Positions 27,449-36,572 of a stretch of 64,000 nt of DNA are shown here, piece by piece; the stretch's first letter is position 1; each line of letters starts with the position of its first letter. A program made the translations under genes and the position numbers. Source of the stretch: Patescibacteria group bacterium (lineage in GTDB: Bacteria; Patescibacteriota; Minisyncoccia; Phycocordibacterales; Phycocordibacteraceae); contig JAZKIU010000001.1 of the NCBI GenBank assembly GCA_040384705.1, forward strand, positions 478,053-542,052, in the 5' to 3' direction. Below the pieces are notes generated by a model. It searched no databases, was not told where the DNA came from, and saw only the letters and a program-made list of their open reading frames with translations.

Positions 27449-27883
27449 ATGACGAGCCAAGCGAAGTCCAAGTTCTTCGTGGCCTACGACAACGACCAGG
27501 TCGCGCTGCAGGCGTTGAAGATCCTCCATCGACTCGGATTCCAAGCTCATCAACTTGATGAGGGGGTTCCGCCGCCGAAGGACGCGGTGTTCATCTTCTC
27601 GAGCGACGGCAGGTTCGCGAGCAAGTTCATCGCGACGAAGCCGGAGCAATACGAGAAGCGCGGCATCATGCCGCCGGCTACTGCGGCGAAGGCTCTCCAA
27701 CTCCTTCCCATCAGGAAGGCGGAGCGCGGGTTGCCCTATGGGGCGCCCCGGGAAGAAAATCTCGCCCGGGCTCTCGAGATCTTCGTCGGCTACGAACGCG
27801 AGCGGACTCCGAAGCCCAAGCGCAACCGGCGCGAGGAAAGCAAGCGGCGCAGACGAGAGAATCTCGAATACGCGTGTCGCTGA
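27449..27883 (+). CDS. Hypothetical protein (145 aa) with a basic C-terminal tail
   Basis: SD GGGAG 7 nt upstream of the ATG. The ORF-track N-terminal extension covers the hairpin and is unlikely to be coding. Confidence 0.5.
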   Translation: MTSQAKSKFFVAYDNDQVALQALKILHRLGFQAHQLDEGVPPPKDAVFIFSSDGRFASKFIATKPEQYEKRGIMPPATAAKALQLLPIRKAERGLPYGAPREENLARALEIFVGYERERTPKPKRNRREESKRRRRENLEYACR

Positions 27884-27899
27884 GCAGAATCGGCGGACG

Positions 27900-27931
27900 G
27901 AAGGGCGGCTCGCGGGCCGCCCTTTTCTTGG
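27900..27931 (+). terminator. Rho-independent terminator
   Basis: GGGCGGC-TCGCG-GGCCGCCC followed by TTTTCTT. Confidence 0.7.
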
Positions 27932-27957
27932 GCGTCTACTAATTAGAGGAGGTTCTC

Positions 27958-28128
27958 GTGCTTGGTTGGGCTCTTGTGTTCGCAGTGTTCGCTCTCATCG
28001 CCGGCGGCCTCGGCTTCACGGGTATAGGGGGTGAAGCGGCGAGTATCGCGCGAATTCTTTCCTTTGCGTTCTTGGTGTTCTTTGTGGTGGCGGTGCTGAT
28101 ACAGATGTGGCGCGACCGCCCCACCTAG
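27958..28128 (+). CDS. UPF0391 / DUF1328 small membrane protein (56 aa, GTG start)
   Basis: VLGWALVFAVFALIAGGLGFTGIGGEAASIARILSFAFLVFFVVAVL matches the DUF1328 pattern. SD AGAGGAGG lies upstream. Absent from the ORF track because it is under 60 aa. Confidence 0.65.
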   Translation: MLGWALVFAVFALIAGGLGFTGIGGEAASIARILSFAFLVFFVVAVLIQMWRDRPT

Positions 28129-28147
28129 CTCGACTGAGCCACAAAGA

Positions 28148-28179
28148 GAAACGCCCCGTCTCGCGACGGGGCGTTTTCC
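28148..28179. terminator. Bidirectional terminator between the DUF1328 gene and greA
   Basis: AACGCCCCGTC-TCGC-GACGGGGCGTT followed by TTCC. Confidence 0.65.
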
Positions 28180-28192
28180 AATGAATGTGTCG

Positions 28193-28663
28193 TTACGCTA
28201 CCTTCTCTACCGAATACGTCTGCTTCCCTCCTGGGGTCTCAAAGGTGAAGATGTCTCCCTTCTTCTTGCCCATGAGCGCCGCCCCGAGCGGAGAGACGTG
28301 CGAGAGTTTGCGTGCGCGCATGTCGGCCTCTTCGGAACCCACGATGGTGTACTCGTGCGCTTCGGGGCTTCCCTCCTTCTTGATGACCACGAGCGAGCTG
28401 AAGCCGACGACGTCCTTCTTCTTATGCTCGGTCGTTATCTTGGCGCGCTTCACCAACTCCTCGAGCTTGCGGATACGCTCCTCGGTCGCTGCCTGGAGCT
28501 CGCGCGCTTCCTGGTACTCAGCGTTCTCCGAAAGGTCACCGAGGCTGCGTGCGTACTCGAGATTCTTCGCAATCTCCGAACGCCTCACTGTCTTGAGGGT
28601 ATCGAGCTCCTGGAGGAGTTCATCGAACTTCTCTTGACTCACGACTGTTTCTTGCTCGATCAT
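28193..28663 (-). CDS. greA: Transcription elongation factor GreA
   Basis: N-terminal coiled coil plus C-terminal FKBP-like domain; ...RSLGDLSENAEYQEARE... Confidence 0.92.
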   Translation of the reverse strand: MIEQETVVSQEKFDELLQELDTLKTVRRSEIAKNLEYARSLGDLSENAEYQEARELQAATEERIRKLEELVKRAKITTEHKKKDVVGFSSLVVIKKEGSPEAHEYTIVGSEEADMRARKLSHVSPLGAALMGKKKGDIFTFETPGGKQTYSVEKVA

Positions 28664-28714
28664 GATGAATCACTGATGAATAGTAGAGGTATTGTACGTG
28701 GATAGGTGGGGGCG

Positions 28715-30394
28715 TCAATCGAAGTATTCCGGGGCCGTTTGATGGAGCGCCGAGAGGGCCCGGTGCGTCGCATATATACCGCCGATGAGGTTGGTGGACG
28801 GCCCCTTTTCCATGAGTACTACGTATACGTATTTGGGCTTCTCGTACGGGAAGAACCCGACCGCCCAGGCGTGGTGGTATTCGTTATTCGCCCCGAGCTG
28901 GGCCGTACCGGTCTTCCCCGCTAGGCGCGCGAACGAGAGGTCGGAGAGTCCGACCGAGGTGCCCTCGATAACGCCCATGCGCATGCCCTCGCGCGCCACC
29001 TGGAGCGCGTATGCGCTTATGGGAATGGTCTGCCCTGCCGGCGTCATGGAGCTCTTAAGAAGCGTCGGGGTGACGAGCTTCCCGCCGTTCGCTACTGCCG
29101 CTACCGCGCGCGCCACCTCGATAGGGGTGGTCTGCATGGAGTACTGGCCGATAGCGGTGTGATACGTGTTGCCGATGCGCCATGGCTCGTCGTATGTCTT
29201 CTCCTTCCAGGCGGGTGTGGGGATGAATCCCTTCGTTTCGCCCTCAAGCTCGATGCCGGTCGGGGTGTCGAAGCCGAAGGAGTGGAACCAGTGCGCGAGT
29301 CGCTCTATCCCGAGCCCCTTCTGGTCTCCGAACCCGCCGCCGACCGTATAGAAATAGACGTCGGAGGAGTAGGCGATGGCGCTCCGCATATTCATGGCAC
29401 CAAGCGCCTTCCAATCCTTGAACACCGTCGGTTTGCTGGGATCGTACGGGTTCGGCACCACGAGCGCGCCCGTCGAGACGATTATCTTCTCTGGCGAGAT
29501 AATTCCGTCGGAGAGCGCGCCTGCGGCTTCCATGGGCTTCACCACCGAACCAGGGGCGTAGAGGCCGGCGATGGCGCGGTCGAGGTATGGCTGACGAGAA
29601 TCGCTCTGGTAGCCCGCGATGACATCGCTCGGTCCTCCGCTCGAGAGCACGTTCGGGTTGTACTCGGGATACGACACGAGTGCGTGGAGCTCCCCGGTCT
29701 CGACATCCATGAGGATGGCGGAGCCGCCCACGAATGGTACGCGCTCGACGAGTTCGGCAACTGAATGAGCGAACGCCCTCTGCGCCCGTGCGTCTATCGA
29801 GAGCGTTACAGTCGCACCGTCTTTTGCAGCTGCAACAGAGCCTGAGGACTGCACTTCCCCGAGCGCGTTCTCCTCGATGAGGAGCGTGCCGTTCTTTCCC
29901 GAGAGCTGTTCATCGAATGCGCTCTCCACTCCTGCAAGTCCTGTTATCTCCGTGTCGTAGTAGTTGCCGGAGGAGTCTTTCTTCGGGTACGAGACGTAGC
30001 CAAGGAGATGCGCGAACCCAGGAGCTTCATACACGCGCATAGCCGAGCCATCTTCTCGCGCTTCGTTGGTGACAAGTGCAACGCCATTGCGATCCACGAT
30101 GGCGCCGCGTTTCGCGAATAGGACTTCCGGTCGCACGCGGTTCCGCTCGCTCTGGAGCGCGTACTTCTCCCCCTCCCGTATCTGGAGGTTCGCCGCCTGC
30201 GCCATGAGCCCGAAGAATGCGAGCGCCATGACGGAGAGGATGCCGACATATGTCGTGCGGGAGACGGGACGCTCGAGGCGTCCTTCGAGGCGTCCTTGGT
30301 TGAAATCAGGAAGGTTCGATGAGTCAAGGAATATCTCGTCCGGCGCTATCTCGCGGACCTTGGGCCGTCTCCTCCCCAGCATTTTCCTCATCAT
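28715..30394 (-). CDS. mrdA: Penicillin-binding protein 2 (elongasome class B transpeptidase)
   Basis: SVVKP (SxxK), SSD (SxD) and KTGTAQ motifs; lies downstream of mreBCD. Confidence 0.85.
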   Translation of the reverse strand: MMRKMLGRRRPKVREIAPDEIFLDSSNLPDFNQGRLEGRLERPVSRTTYVGILSVMALAFFGLMAQAANLQIREGEKYALQSERNRVRPEVLFAKRGAIVDRNGVALVTNEAREDGSAMRVYEAPGFAHLLGYVSYPKKDSSGNYYDTEITGLAGVESAFDEQLSGKNGTLLIEENALGEVQSSGSVAAAKDGATVTLSIDARAQRAFAHSVAELVERVPFVGGSAILMDVETGELHALVSYPEYNPNVLSSGGPSDVIAGYQSDSRQPYLDRAIAGLYAPGSVVKPMEAAGALSDGIISPEKIIVSTGALVVPNPYDPSKPTVFKDWKALGAMNMRSAIAYSSDVYFYTVGGGFGDQKGLGIERLAHWFHSFGFDTPTGIELEGETKGFIPTPAWKEKTYDEPWRIGNTYHTAIGQYSMQTTPIEVARAVAAVANGGKLVTPTLLKSSMTPAGQTIPISAYALQVAREGMRMGVIEGTSVGLSDLSFARLAGKTGTAQLGANNEYHHAWAVGFFPYEKPKYVYVVLMEKGPSTNLIGGIYATHRALSALHQTAPEYFD

Positions 30395-30651
30395 CCCCCT
30401 ATGATACGTGTCTTCACGAAGTCATGCACCACGAGCGCGACGCCCCACCCCAGGAGGCCAAGAACCGTTCCGAGCGGCGCAGCGCCCGCTCCCGGTACGA
30501 AATACAGAACGTCGAATAGCACGCCATACAGGAGTGCGAGCGGCGGTATGAAAAGCGAGGAGATGGCGGCGAAGATAATGCCGAATGGGTACGGATAGCT
30601 GACGATAGCGATGAGCGCAAGAACAGCAGGAACGAAGCGGTACGCTGCCAT
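30391..30651 (-). CDS. mreD: Rod shape-determining protein MreD
   Basis: 86 aa, polytopic hydrophobic, positioned between mreC and mrdA. Confidence 0.65.
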   Translation of the reverse strand: MAAYRFVPAVLALIAIVSYPYPFGIIFAAISSLFIPPLALLYGVLFDVLYFVPGAGAAPLGTVLGLLGWGVALVVHDFVKTRIIGG

Positions 30652-30652
30652 G

Positions 30653-31444
30653 CTATTCGCTTACCGTTACCCACGTGGTGGAGAATAGATGCGCGACGGG
30701 CTTGATGTGGACGACCGCGCGCGGCGACGAGGGATCGGTCTCCACCCGCACGACCGTCCCTATCGGAAGGGCTCCGGGACCTGCGACATATACCGATTCG
30801 CCCACCACGACCGCGTTCTCGCGCGGTACACTCGTGCGGAATGCGCCGGCTCCCGCTCCTTCAAGAGATATCGGCGCACGGTTCTCTCCGACCCATCCCT
30901 GCGTCACCCGACCGGGAGCCGAATACAGAAGCACGCGCGAGCTGTTATCTGCGAGACTCTCTATCGTGCCGAGCGGTATCCCGCCTGCGCCTTGCACACT
31001 CGCACCTATACGGACGCCAGCACGTTCGCCTGCATCGAGCACGAGGGTGTCGTACGGAGAGACCGGTGGACGCGCCATCACGCCTGCAAGGATGGAGTTC
31101 GAAGCTTCAGGCCTTCCGCCTAGAAGCTGAGTGAGGTCGGCGACACGTGCGGTGAGTACCGCATTCTGCTCGCGCAGTGACGCGTTCTCACGCGCGAGCG
31201 TATCGCGCTCCTGTGTAAGTATCGCCTTGTCGCCGAATATGGAAGCGAAGTCTCCTGCGCCACCGGTTAGCGCATTGCCTGCGCTCCAGAACGGAGCCGC
31301 GAGTGCGGTGAGCACGCCCGGGAATACCGTACGCAGTATGAAAAGGAGCACGACGACACCGAGCACAATGCCGATAGTGAGCGCGCTGCCGCGCTTCAGG
31401 AGCGCGGTCTGGCTCCTACGCGTGCGTGAGAATGGCATCTTCAT
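30653..31444 (-). CDS. mreC: Rod shape-determining protein MreC
   Basis: Transmembrane segment, coiled coil LTQERDTLARENASLREQNAVL, and C-terminal beta domains. Confidence 0.8.
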   Translation of the reverse strand: MKMPFSRTRRSQTALLKRGSALTIGIVLGVVVLLFILRTVFPGVLTALAAPFWSAGNALTGGAGDFASIFGDKAILTQERDTLARENASLREQNAVLTARVADLTQLLGGRPEASNSILAGVMARPPVSPYDTLVLDAGERAGVRIGASVQGAGGIPLGTIESLADNSSRVLLYSAPGRVTQGWVGENRAPISLEGAGAGAFRTSVPRENAVVVGESVYVAGPGALPIGTVVRVETDPSSPRAVVHIKPVAHLFSTTWVTVSE

Positions 31445-32471
31445 GCAAGAAAGTATCGCGCCACGGCTCCGGGTCTTCCGTGACAATGCCCGTGCCGCGC
31501 ACGACGCAGGTCAATGGGTCCGACGCCACATGCACCGGTACGCCGAGCATGCGCGATAGGAGTTCCGGAAGGCCGCGGAGCAGGGCTCCGCCTCCGAACA
31601 CTGTAACGCCACGCTCGAGCACGTCGGAGAGGAGCTCGGGCGGCGTCTTCTCGATGACTTCCTTCATGGACTCCATGAGCGCGTCCATGGAAGGAGCGAG
31701 TGCCTCGCGCACATGTGTGTCGGTCAGGAGTATCTCGCGCGGAAGCCCCGTCGCAAGATCGCGTCCGCGCACCGCACGCGTGAGCTGCTCAGGAAGCGGG
31801 AGCACCGCACCAATCGCTATCTTCGTGTCCTCAGCGGTCTTCTCCCCTATCGCGAGCTGGAACTCGCTCCGGATGAAGTCGGTGATGTTCTCGTTGAAGC
31901 GGTCGCCAGCGACGTGCGACGACTTGGACGATACGGTGCCGCCAAGCGCGATTACCGCGATGTCGCAGGATCCACCCCCGATATCGAGCACCATAGTGCC
32001 GATGGCTTCGGTGACCGGGAGCTTCGCACCGATAGCGCCTGCCATCGGTTCTTCAAGTATGTATACCTCGCGCGCGCCTGCGGTGAGTGCAGCATCACGC
32101 ACCGCACGGCTCTCGACGTTGGTCACGCCCGTGGGCACACCGATGACGACACGAGGACCAAGGAGACGCGAACGACCTCCCTGCGCTTTCCTAATCAGGT
32201 ACGCGAGGAACTCCTCCGTTATCTCGAAGTCGGAGATGACACCGTGGGCGAGCGGACGCACGGTACGGACATGGGGTGGCGTCTTCCCGAGCATGAGCTT
32301 CGCTTCCTTGCCGACCGCGACCATCTGCCCCGTCTTATCGTTCACTGTCACCACGGACGGCTCGTTCAGCACGATGCCGCGGCCACGCACGTACACGAGC
32401 GTGTTGGCGGTGCCGAGGTCGATGCCGATATCGCTCGAGAAGAAGGAGTTCCGTGAGAATCGCTTAGCCAT
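31416..32471 (-). CDS. mreB: Rod shape-determining protein MreB
   Basis: IGIDLGTANTLVYV, DIGGGS; actin fold. Confidence 0.92.
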   Translation of the reverse strand: MAKRFSRNSFFSSDIGIDLGTANTLVYVRGRGIVLNEPSVVTVNDKTGQMVAVGKEAKLMLGKTPPHVRTVRPLAHGVISDFEITEEFLAYLIRKAQGGRSRLLGPRVVIGVPTGVTNVESRAVRDAALTAGAREVYILEEPMAGAIGAKLPVTEAIGTMVLDIGGGSCDIAVIALGGTVSSKSSHVAGDRFNENITDFIRSEFQLAIGEKTAEDTKIAIGAVLPLPEQLTRAVRGRDLATGLPREILLTDTHVREALAPSMDALMESMKEVIEKTPPELLSDVLERGVTVFGGGALLRGLPELLSRMLGVPVHVASDPLTCVVRGTGIVTEDPEPWRDTFLHEDAILTHA

Positions 32472-33729
32472 GATGCTCCGTGGCCGCAGATGCGAACGCG
32501 ATGAGCTCGTCACGTGAGATGAGCTTTACTTCGCCGTTCCTGCGGTACGTCGACTCTATCTTCCCGCTCTCGAGCGTGTTCTTGCCTATGACGACGCGGC
32601 ACGGGATGCCGATGAGGTCGGCGTCCGCGAGCTTCTCGCCCGCGCGCGCATCGCGATCATCATAGAGGACGGAGACGCCTGCTTTCTTGAGGTCGTCATA
32701 CAGCGCATCCGCATACGCCACGGTCGTGGCATCGTTGGGTACCACCGACACGATGTGCACCATGAACGGCGCGACGGCTTCCGGCCATACGATGCCTTTA
32801 TCATCCGCGAGCGCTTCCACGATGACGCCCATGAGGCGGGTCGTCCCGAGGCCGTAGCAGCCCATGATCGGATACTGCTCCTTACCTTCCGCGTCCTTGT
32901 ACGTGAAGTTGAAGGCTTTGGCGTATTTGAGGCCGAGATCGAACACGTTGCCGACTTCCGACGCCTTCGCTGCAGCGAGCGTACCCTTCCCGCACTTCGG
33001 GCAGGTGTCGCCCTCCTTCTCCTTCGCCACCTCGACATTCGCGCAGTGCGTGCATTGATCACAGTAGACGATGTCGTCCTCGCCAGCATCGGTAAGCACC
33101 ATGAACTCGTACGAGAGCTTATCCGAGAAGCTACCGCCTGATGCCTCGGTTACTTTCGCTACGAGTCCTGCCTTCGTGTAGAGCTCGAGGTACGTGTCCT
33201 TCACTATCTGATAGAAACGCTCGAAGTCCTCCTGCGTCGCATGGAAGCTGTACATGTCCTTCATGCCGAACTCGCGGCCGCGCATGATGCCGGACTTCGC
33301 GCGCAGCTCATCACGATACTTCTGCCCTATCTGGTACACCGCGAGCGGCAGGTCCTTGTACGACATCGCGTACTCGGACGCGATTGGCGTGACTATCTCC
33401 TCCTCGCTCTGTCCGAGCGCATATTCCTTCTCGGTGCGGCTCTGGACCTTGAAGAGCACGTCTACATTGTCCCAACCGCCCGACGTCTTCCAGGGTTCTG
33501 CAGGATGGAGCGTGGCCATGCGAAGCTCCTGGCCGCCGATGGAGTCCATCGCCTCTCGTACCATCTTCTCGATGTTCTGGAGCACGCGTACGCCAAGCGG
33601 GAGGTATGAATACACCCCCGCCATCTCCTTATGCACGTATCCCGCACGGATGAGGAGCTGGGCATTCTTCGCCTCCTCGTCTTTCGGCGCGTCGCGCCTC
33701 GTTTTAGTGAAAAGCTGGCTCTGCCGCAT
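32464..33729 (-). CDS. proS: Prolyl-tRNA synthetase (short form, no INS editing domain; Cys4 zinc-ribbon insertion)
   Basis: Class II motifs and a ProRS anticodon-binding C-terminus. Insertion sequence CDQCTHC...CPKCGKG. Confidence 0.85.
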   Translation of the reverse strand: MRQSQLFTKTRRDAPKDEEAKNAQLLIRAGYVHKEMAGVYSYLPLGVRVLQNIEKMVREAMDSIGGQELRMATLHPAEPWKTSGGWDNVDVLFKVQSRTEKEYALGQSEEEIVTPIASEYAMSYKDLPLAVYQIGQKYRDELRAKSGIMRGREFGMKDMYSFHATQEDFERFYQIVKDTYLELYTKAGLVAKVTEASGGSFSDKLSYEFMVLTDAGEDDIVYCDQCTHCANVEVAKEKEGDTCPKCGKGTLAAAKASEVGNVFDLGLKYAKAFNFTYKDAEGKEQYPIMGCYGLGTTRLMGVIVEALADDKGIVWPEAVAPFMVHIVSVVPNDATTVAYADALYDDLKKAGVSVLYDDRDARAGEKLADADLIGIPCRVVIGKNTLESGKIESTYRRNGEVKLISRDELIAFASAATEHHG

Positions 33730-33776
33730 AGTAGAGACAGTATACGGCTCCCCCGTATGAAGGGCAAAAGCCCCGC

Positions 33777-34877
33777 CTAACCGACGATCTTGAAGATATC
33801 GGAGGCCGTCACCACGAGCATGAGCAGCACCAGGAGCGCGAACCCTATCCCATTAACCGCGTTCGAGAATGCTGGATTGAGGGGTCGGCGTATGACTGAC
33901 TCTATAGCGACGAAGAGAAGGCGTCCGCCATCGAGCGCGGGGATTGGAAGGAGATTGATGAGTGCGAGGTTTATGGAAATGAGCGCTGTTATCGTCATGA
34001 GCGCAGTGAGCCCACTCGCCGACGCATCCCCTACCGCGCCTGCGATACCGACGGGCCCTGCCACCTGAGAAAGGTCAGCGGTGAGCGTGAAGAGTCCGCC
34101 GAAGAATGCGAGGAGTGCGAGAGCAATCTCCTTCGTTATCTCCCAGGTAAGTACGGCGCCCTCGATGGGCGCTTTCCACCATACGACTTTCGCGGTGCCC
34201 ACCGGTGCGACCGATACCCCGAGCGCAGCCCGGGACGGGTCTGCTGCTACGACCCCTGCGCGCGACGCCACTACGACGGTGCGCGCTTCCCCGTTAAGGT
34301 TCTTGACCGAGAGCGTAAGCGGGAGACCGGCTTCATGCTCGCCAACGAATGCGGTGAACAGTTCAGCATCAGCGCCGGTATATGAGCCACCCTCTCCTTC
34401 TATGGAAATGATGGTGTCGCCAGGAGCGAGACCTGCCTCCGCAGCTGGAGAGCCCGGAAGCACGCCCGCTACCGCAAGCACGGCGTCGGGCGTCTTCGCT
34501 ACCTCCTCAGAGGTAAGCGCACGCTGCGTACCGAGCGCGAGCGTACCGGAGATGAGTACCCACGCGAACAAGAGGTTCATCGCGATACCCGCGAAGAGCA
34601 CGAGCGCTTGGATAGGACGAGGCTTCGAGTTGAAGGCGCGCGGCGCAGGTGGGACTCCTGGCTCCGGGTCTTCACCGAATATCTTCACGAAGCCGCCGAA
34701 CGGAAGCCAGTTGAAGGTGTACTCCGTCTCCCCTATCCTCTTCCCCCACGCCTTGGGAGGGTATCCGATACCGAACTCATCGACGCGCATGCCCGACCAC
34801 TTCGCAGCAAGGAAATGCCCGAACTCATGGACGAGTATCAGGGCGATAAGAACGAGTATGAAAACCAGGATCGACAT
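33777..34877 (-). CDS. rseP: Site-2 protease RseP (M50 zinc metalloprotease with PDZ domain)
   Basis: HEFGH at the N-terminus, a PDZ domain in the middle, and a C-terminal LDGG motif. Confidence 0.88.
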   Translation of the reverse strand: MSILVFILVLIALILVHEFGHFLAAKWSGMRVDEFGIGYPPKAWGKRIGETEYTFNWLPFGGFVKIFGEDPEPGVPPAPRAFNSKPRPIQALVLFAGIAMNLLFAWVLISGTLALGTQRALTSEEVAKTPDAVLAVAGVLPGSPAAEAGLAPGDTIISIEGEGGSYTGADAELFTAFVGEHEAGLPLTLSVKNLNGEARTVVVASRAGVVAADPSRAALGVSVAPVGTAKVVWWKAPIEGAVLTWEITKEIALALLAFFGGLFTLTADLSQVAGPVGIAGAVGDASASGLTALMTITALISINLALINLLPIPALDGGRLLFVAIESVIRRPLNPAFSNAVNGIGFALLVLLMLVVTASDIFKIVG

Positions 34878-34961
34878 CGTTGATTGAGTGTAACCTCTCG
34901 TTGGATGAATATAAAGGAAGCCGCCGCATTGCTGCGGCGACCCTCACGAGCGTTGCGCACC

Positions 34962-35267
34962 TCACGACCCCGGATAGGTGATAGCATCCAGCTCATCATC
35001 GTAGATGAAGACCGTGCTGTCTTCGAGCATGTCAGCGAAGACATGCTCGTCGGGAATCTCCACTTCGAGCGGTCCTTCTTCATCAGCTTCGCTCTCTTCG
35101 TCCTCTTCTTTGACCTCCCGAATGGTCGCGTCGAGCTGAGACTGATCCCTACTGATGGACCTCATATGCCCCTTCCCGGCGATATTCCACTCTTGTAGCA
35201 GGACTTTCATGGCCTCATCCTCCAGTCGTTCCGGGGATACTGTACGCTCAAACCTATCTTTGTCCAT
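34962..35267 (-). CDS. Acidic hypothetical protein (101 aa)
   Basis: Highly acidic (EEDEESEADEEGPLEVEIPDE). No clear SD. Confidence 0.35.
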   Translation of the reverse strand: MDKDRFERTVSPERLEDEAMKVLLQEWNIAGKGHMRSISRDQSQLDATIREVKEEDEESEADEEGPLEVEIPDEHVFADMLEDSTVFIYDDELDAITYPGS

Positions 35268-35292
35268 TTAGACAAAGCTATGCCACGCCGAG

Positions 35293-35844
35293 TTATAGAG
35301 TAATTTCCTCGAGCTTCCGCTTCAGTTGCGCATCAAGCGTCTCGTTCGTCTTATCAATACGCTTCTGCACCTCTTCCTTGTATCGCTTCACATCATCCTG
35401 ACCCATACCGCCCTCCTTCTCTGCGGCATCTATCTCCTTGAGCGTGTCGGTACGATGGCCACGGAGCGTCACGCGCGCCTGCTCCGTCTTCTCTCCTGCG
35501 AGCTTGCCGAGCATGGTGCGGCGCTCTGCGGTGAGTTCTGGGAACGTTACCCGGAGACCGAGGTCATCGACTGAAGTGCCCACACCGAGGTCAGCGTCTA
35601 CGACTGCCTTCTCGATGTTCTTCGTGAGGGTCTTGTCCCACGGAACGATACGGAGAGTGCGGGCGTCCTCGATGGTGACGGAGGCCATCTGGGTGATGGG
35701 AGTGCGGGTGCCGTATGCCTCGGGCTTCACGCCGTCGAGAAGCGTCGGGGTTGCGCGCCCAGTGCGCACACCAGAAAGCTCACGGGAGAGCCATTCCTCC
35801 GTTTCCTTGATGCTGCTGTCCAGTTTCGAGAAGTCGTACGCCAT
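35293..35844 (-). CDS. frr: Ribosome recycling factor
   Basis: 183 aa with the typical Frr coiled-coil composition. Confidence 0.9.
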   Translation of the reverse strand: MAYDFSKLDSSIKETEEWLSRELSGVRTGRATPTLLDGVKPEAYGTRTPITQMASVTIEDARTLRIVPWDKTLTKNIEKAVVDADLGVGTSVDDLGLRVTFPELTAERRTMLGKLAGEKTEQARVTLRGHRTDTLKEIDAAEKEGGMGQDDVKRYKEEVQKRIDKTNETLDAQLKRKLEEITL

Positions 35845-35852
35845 ATGTCGCC

Positions 35853-36554
35853 TTATCTTACCAAATTAACCGGAGTAACGAGTAATAGGTGCTCGAATAT
35901 GAGCTTGAGGGGTGCCGAGCGCTCATGGAGGATAGGGGTGAACGTATCGAGCTCATGGAGGAGTCGGGTGAGCTCCTCATCATTTCCCTTCCCTCGGGCG
36001 CCATACGCCGCACGCGTAAGATCCTCGACGATGTGGAGCGCTTCGGCACGAGCCGCCTGCTTCTCCTCATCCTTGTCCGACTTAGCTCTATCAAGAAGTT
36101 TCGATACCATCTTCGCTCGTGCGTCGGCATCCGCTTCGATGAACGGGTGGAGCGCCGGTACTTCCGATTTCTGACCGGGGAGCGCGAGGAGGCGCGAGCG
36201 CATCGTGGGAAGGAGCACCCCTTCGGTAGGTACGACAAGAATGAGTGTCGTCTCTTCGGGCGGTTCCTCGAATACTTTCAGGAGCGCGTTCTGCGACTCG
36301 TGGAAAAGACGCTCCGCTGCGATGACGATGAGCTTGCGATCGCCGAGCGCTTTGCGGGATGCGGACTCCACGACACGTCGAGCGTCCTCTACGGGGAAGA
36401 GGCCATAGCGGTAGAGGACGACGTCCGGATTCCCGACTGGATTAAGCCCGAGCTCCTGCGCTCCCCAGGCAAAAGCAGACTCTATCCCTCGGTCGATATC
36501 GCCAGTCACCAGGTATGCATGATGGGCCATACGGCTAGTGTACACTTTATCCAT
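35853..36554 (-). CDS. holB: DNA polymerase III delta' subunit-like (HolB; AAA+ clamp-loader subunit)
   Basis: Internal start MDKVYTSRMAHHAYLVTG.... The N-terminal extension of the ORF track (to 37199) overlaps a convincing + strand gene and is rejected. Confidence 0.7.
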   Translation of the reverse strand: MDKVYTSRMAHHAYLVTGDIDRGIESAFAWGAQELGLNPVGNPDVVLYRYGLFPVEDARRVVESASRKALGDRKLIVIAAERLFHESQNALLKVFEEPPEETTLILVVPTEGVLLPTMRSRLLALPGQKSEVPALHPFIEADADARAKMVSKLLDRAKSDKDEEKQAARAEALHIVEDLTRAAYGARGKGNDEELTRLLHELDTFTPILHERSAPLKLIFEHLLLVTPVNLVR

Positions 36555-36572
36555 AGCCCTAACCTCTTTCGT

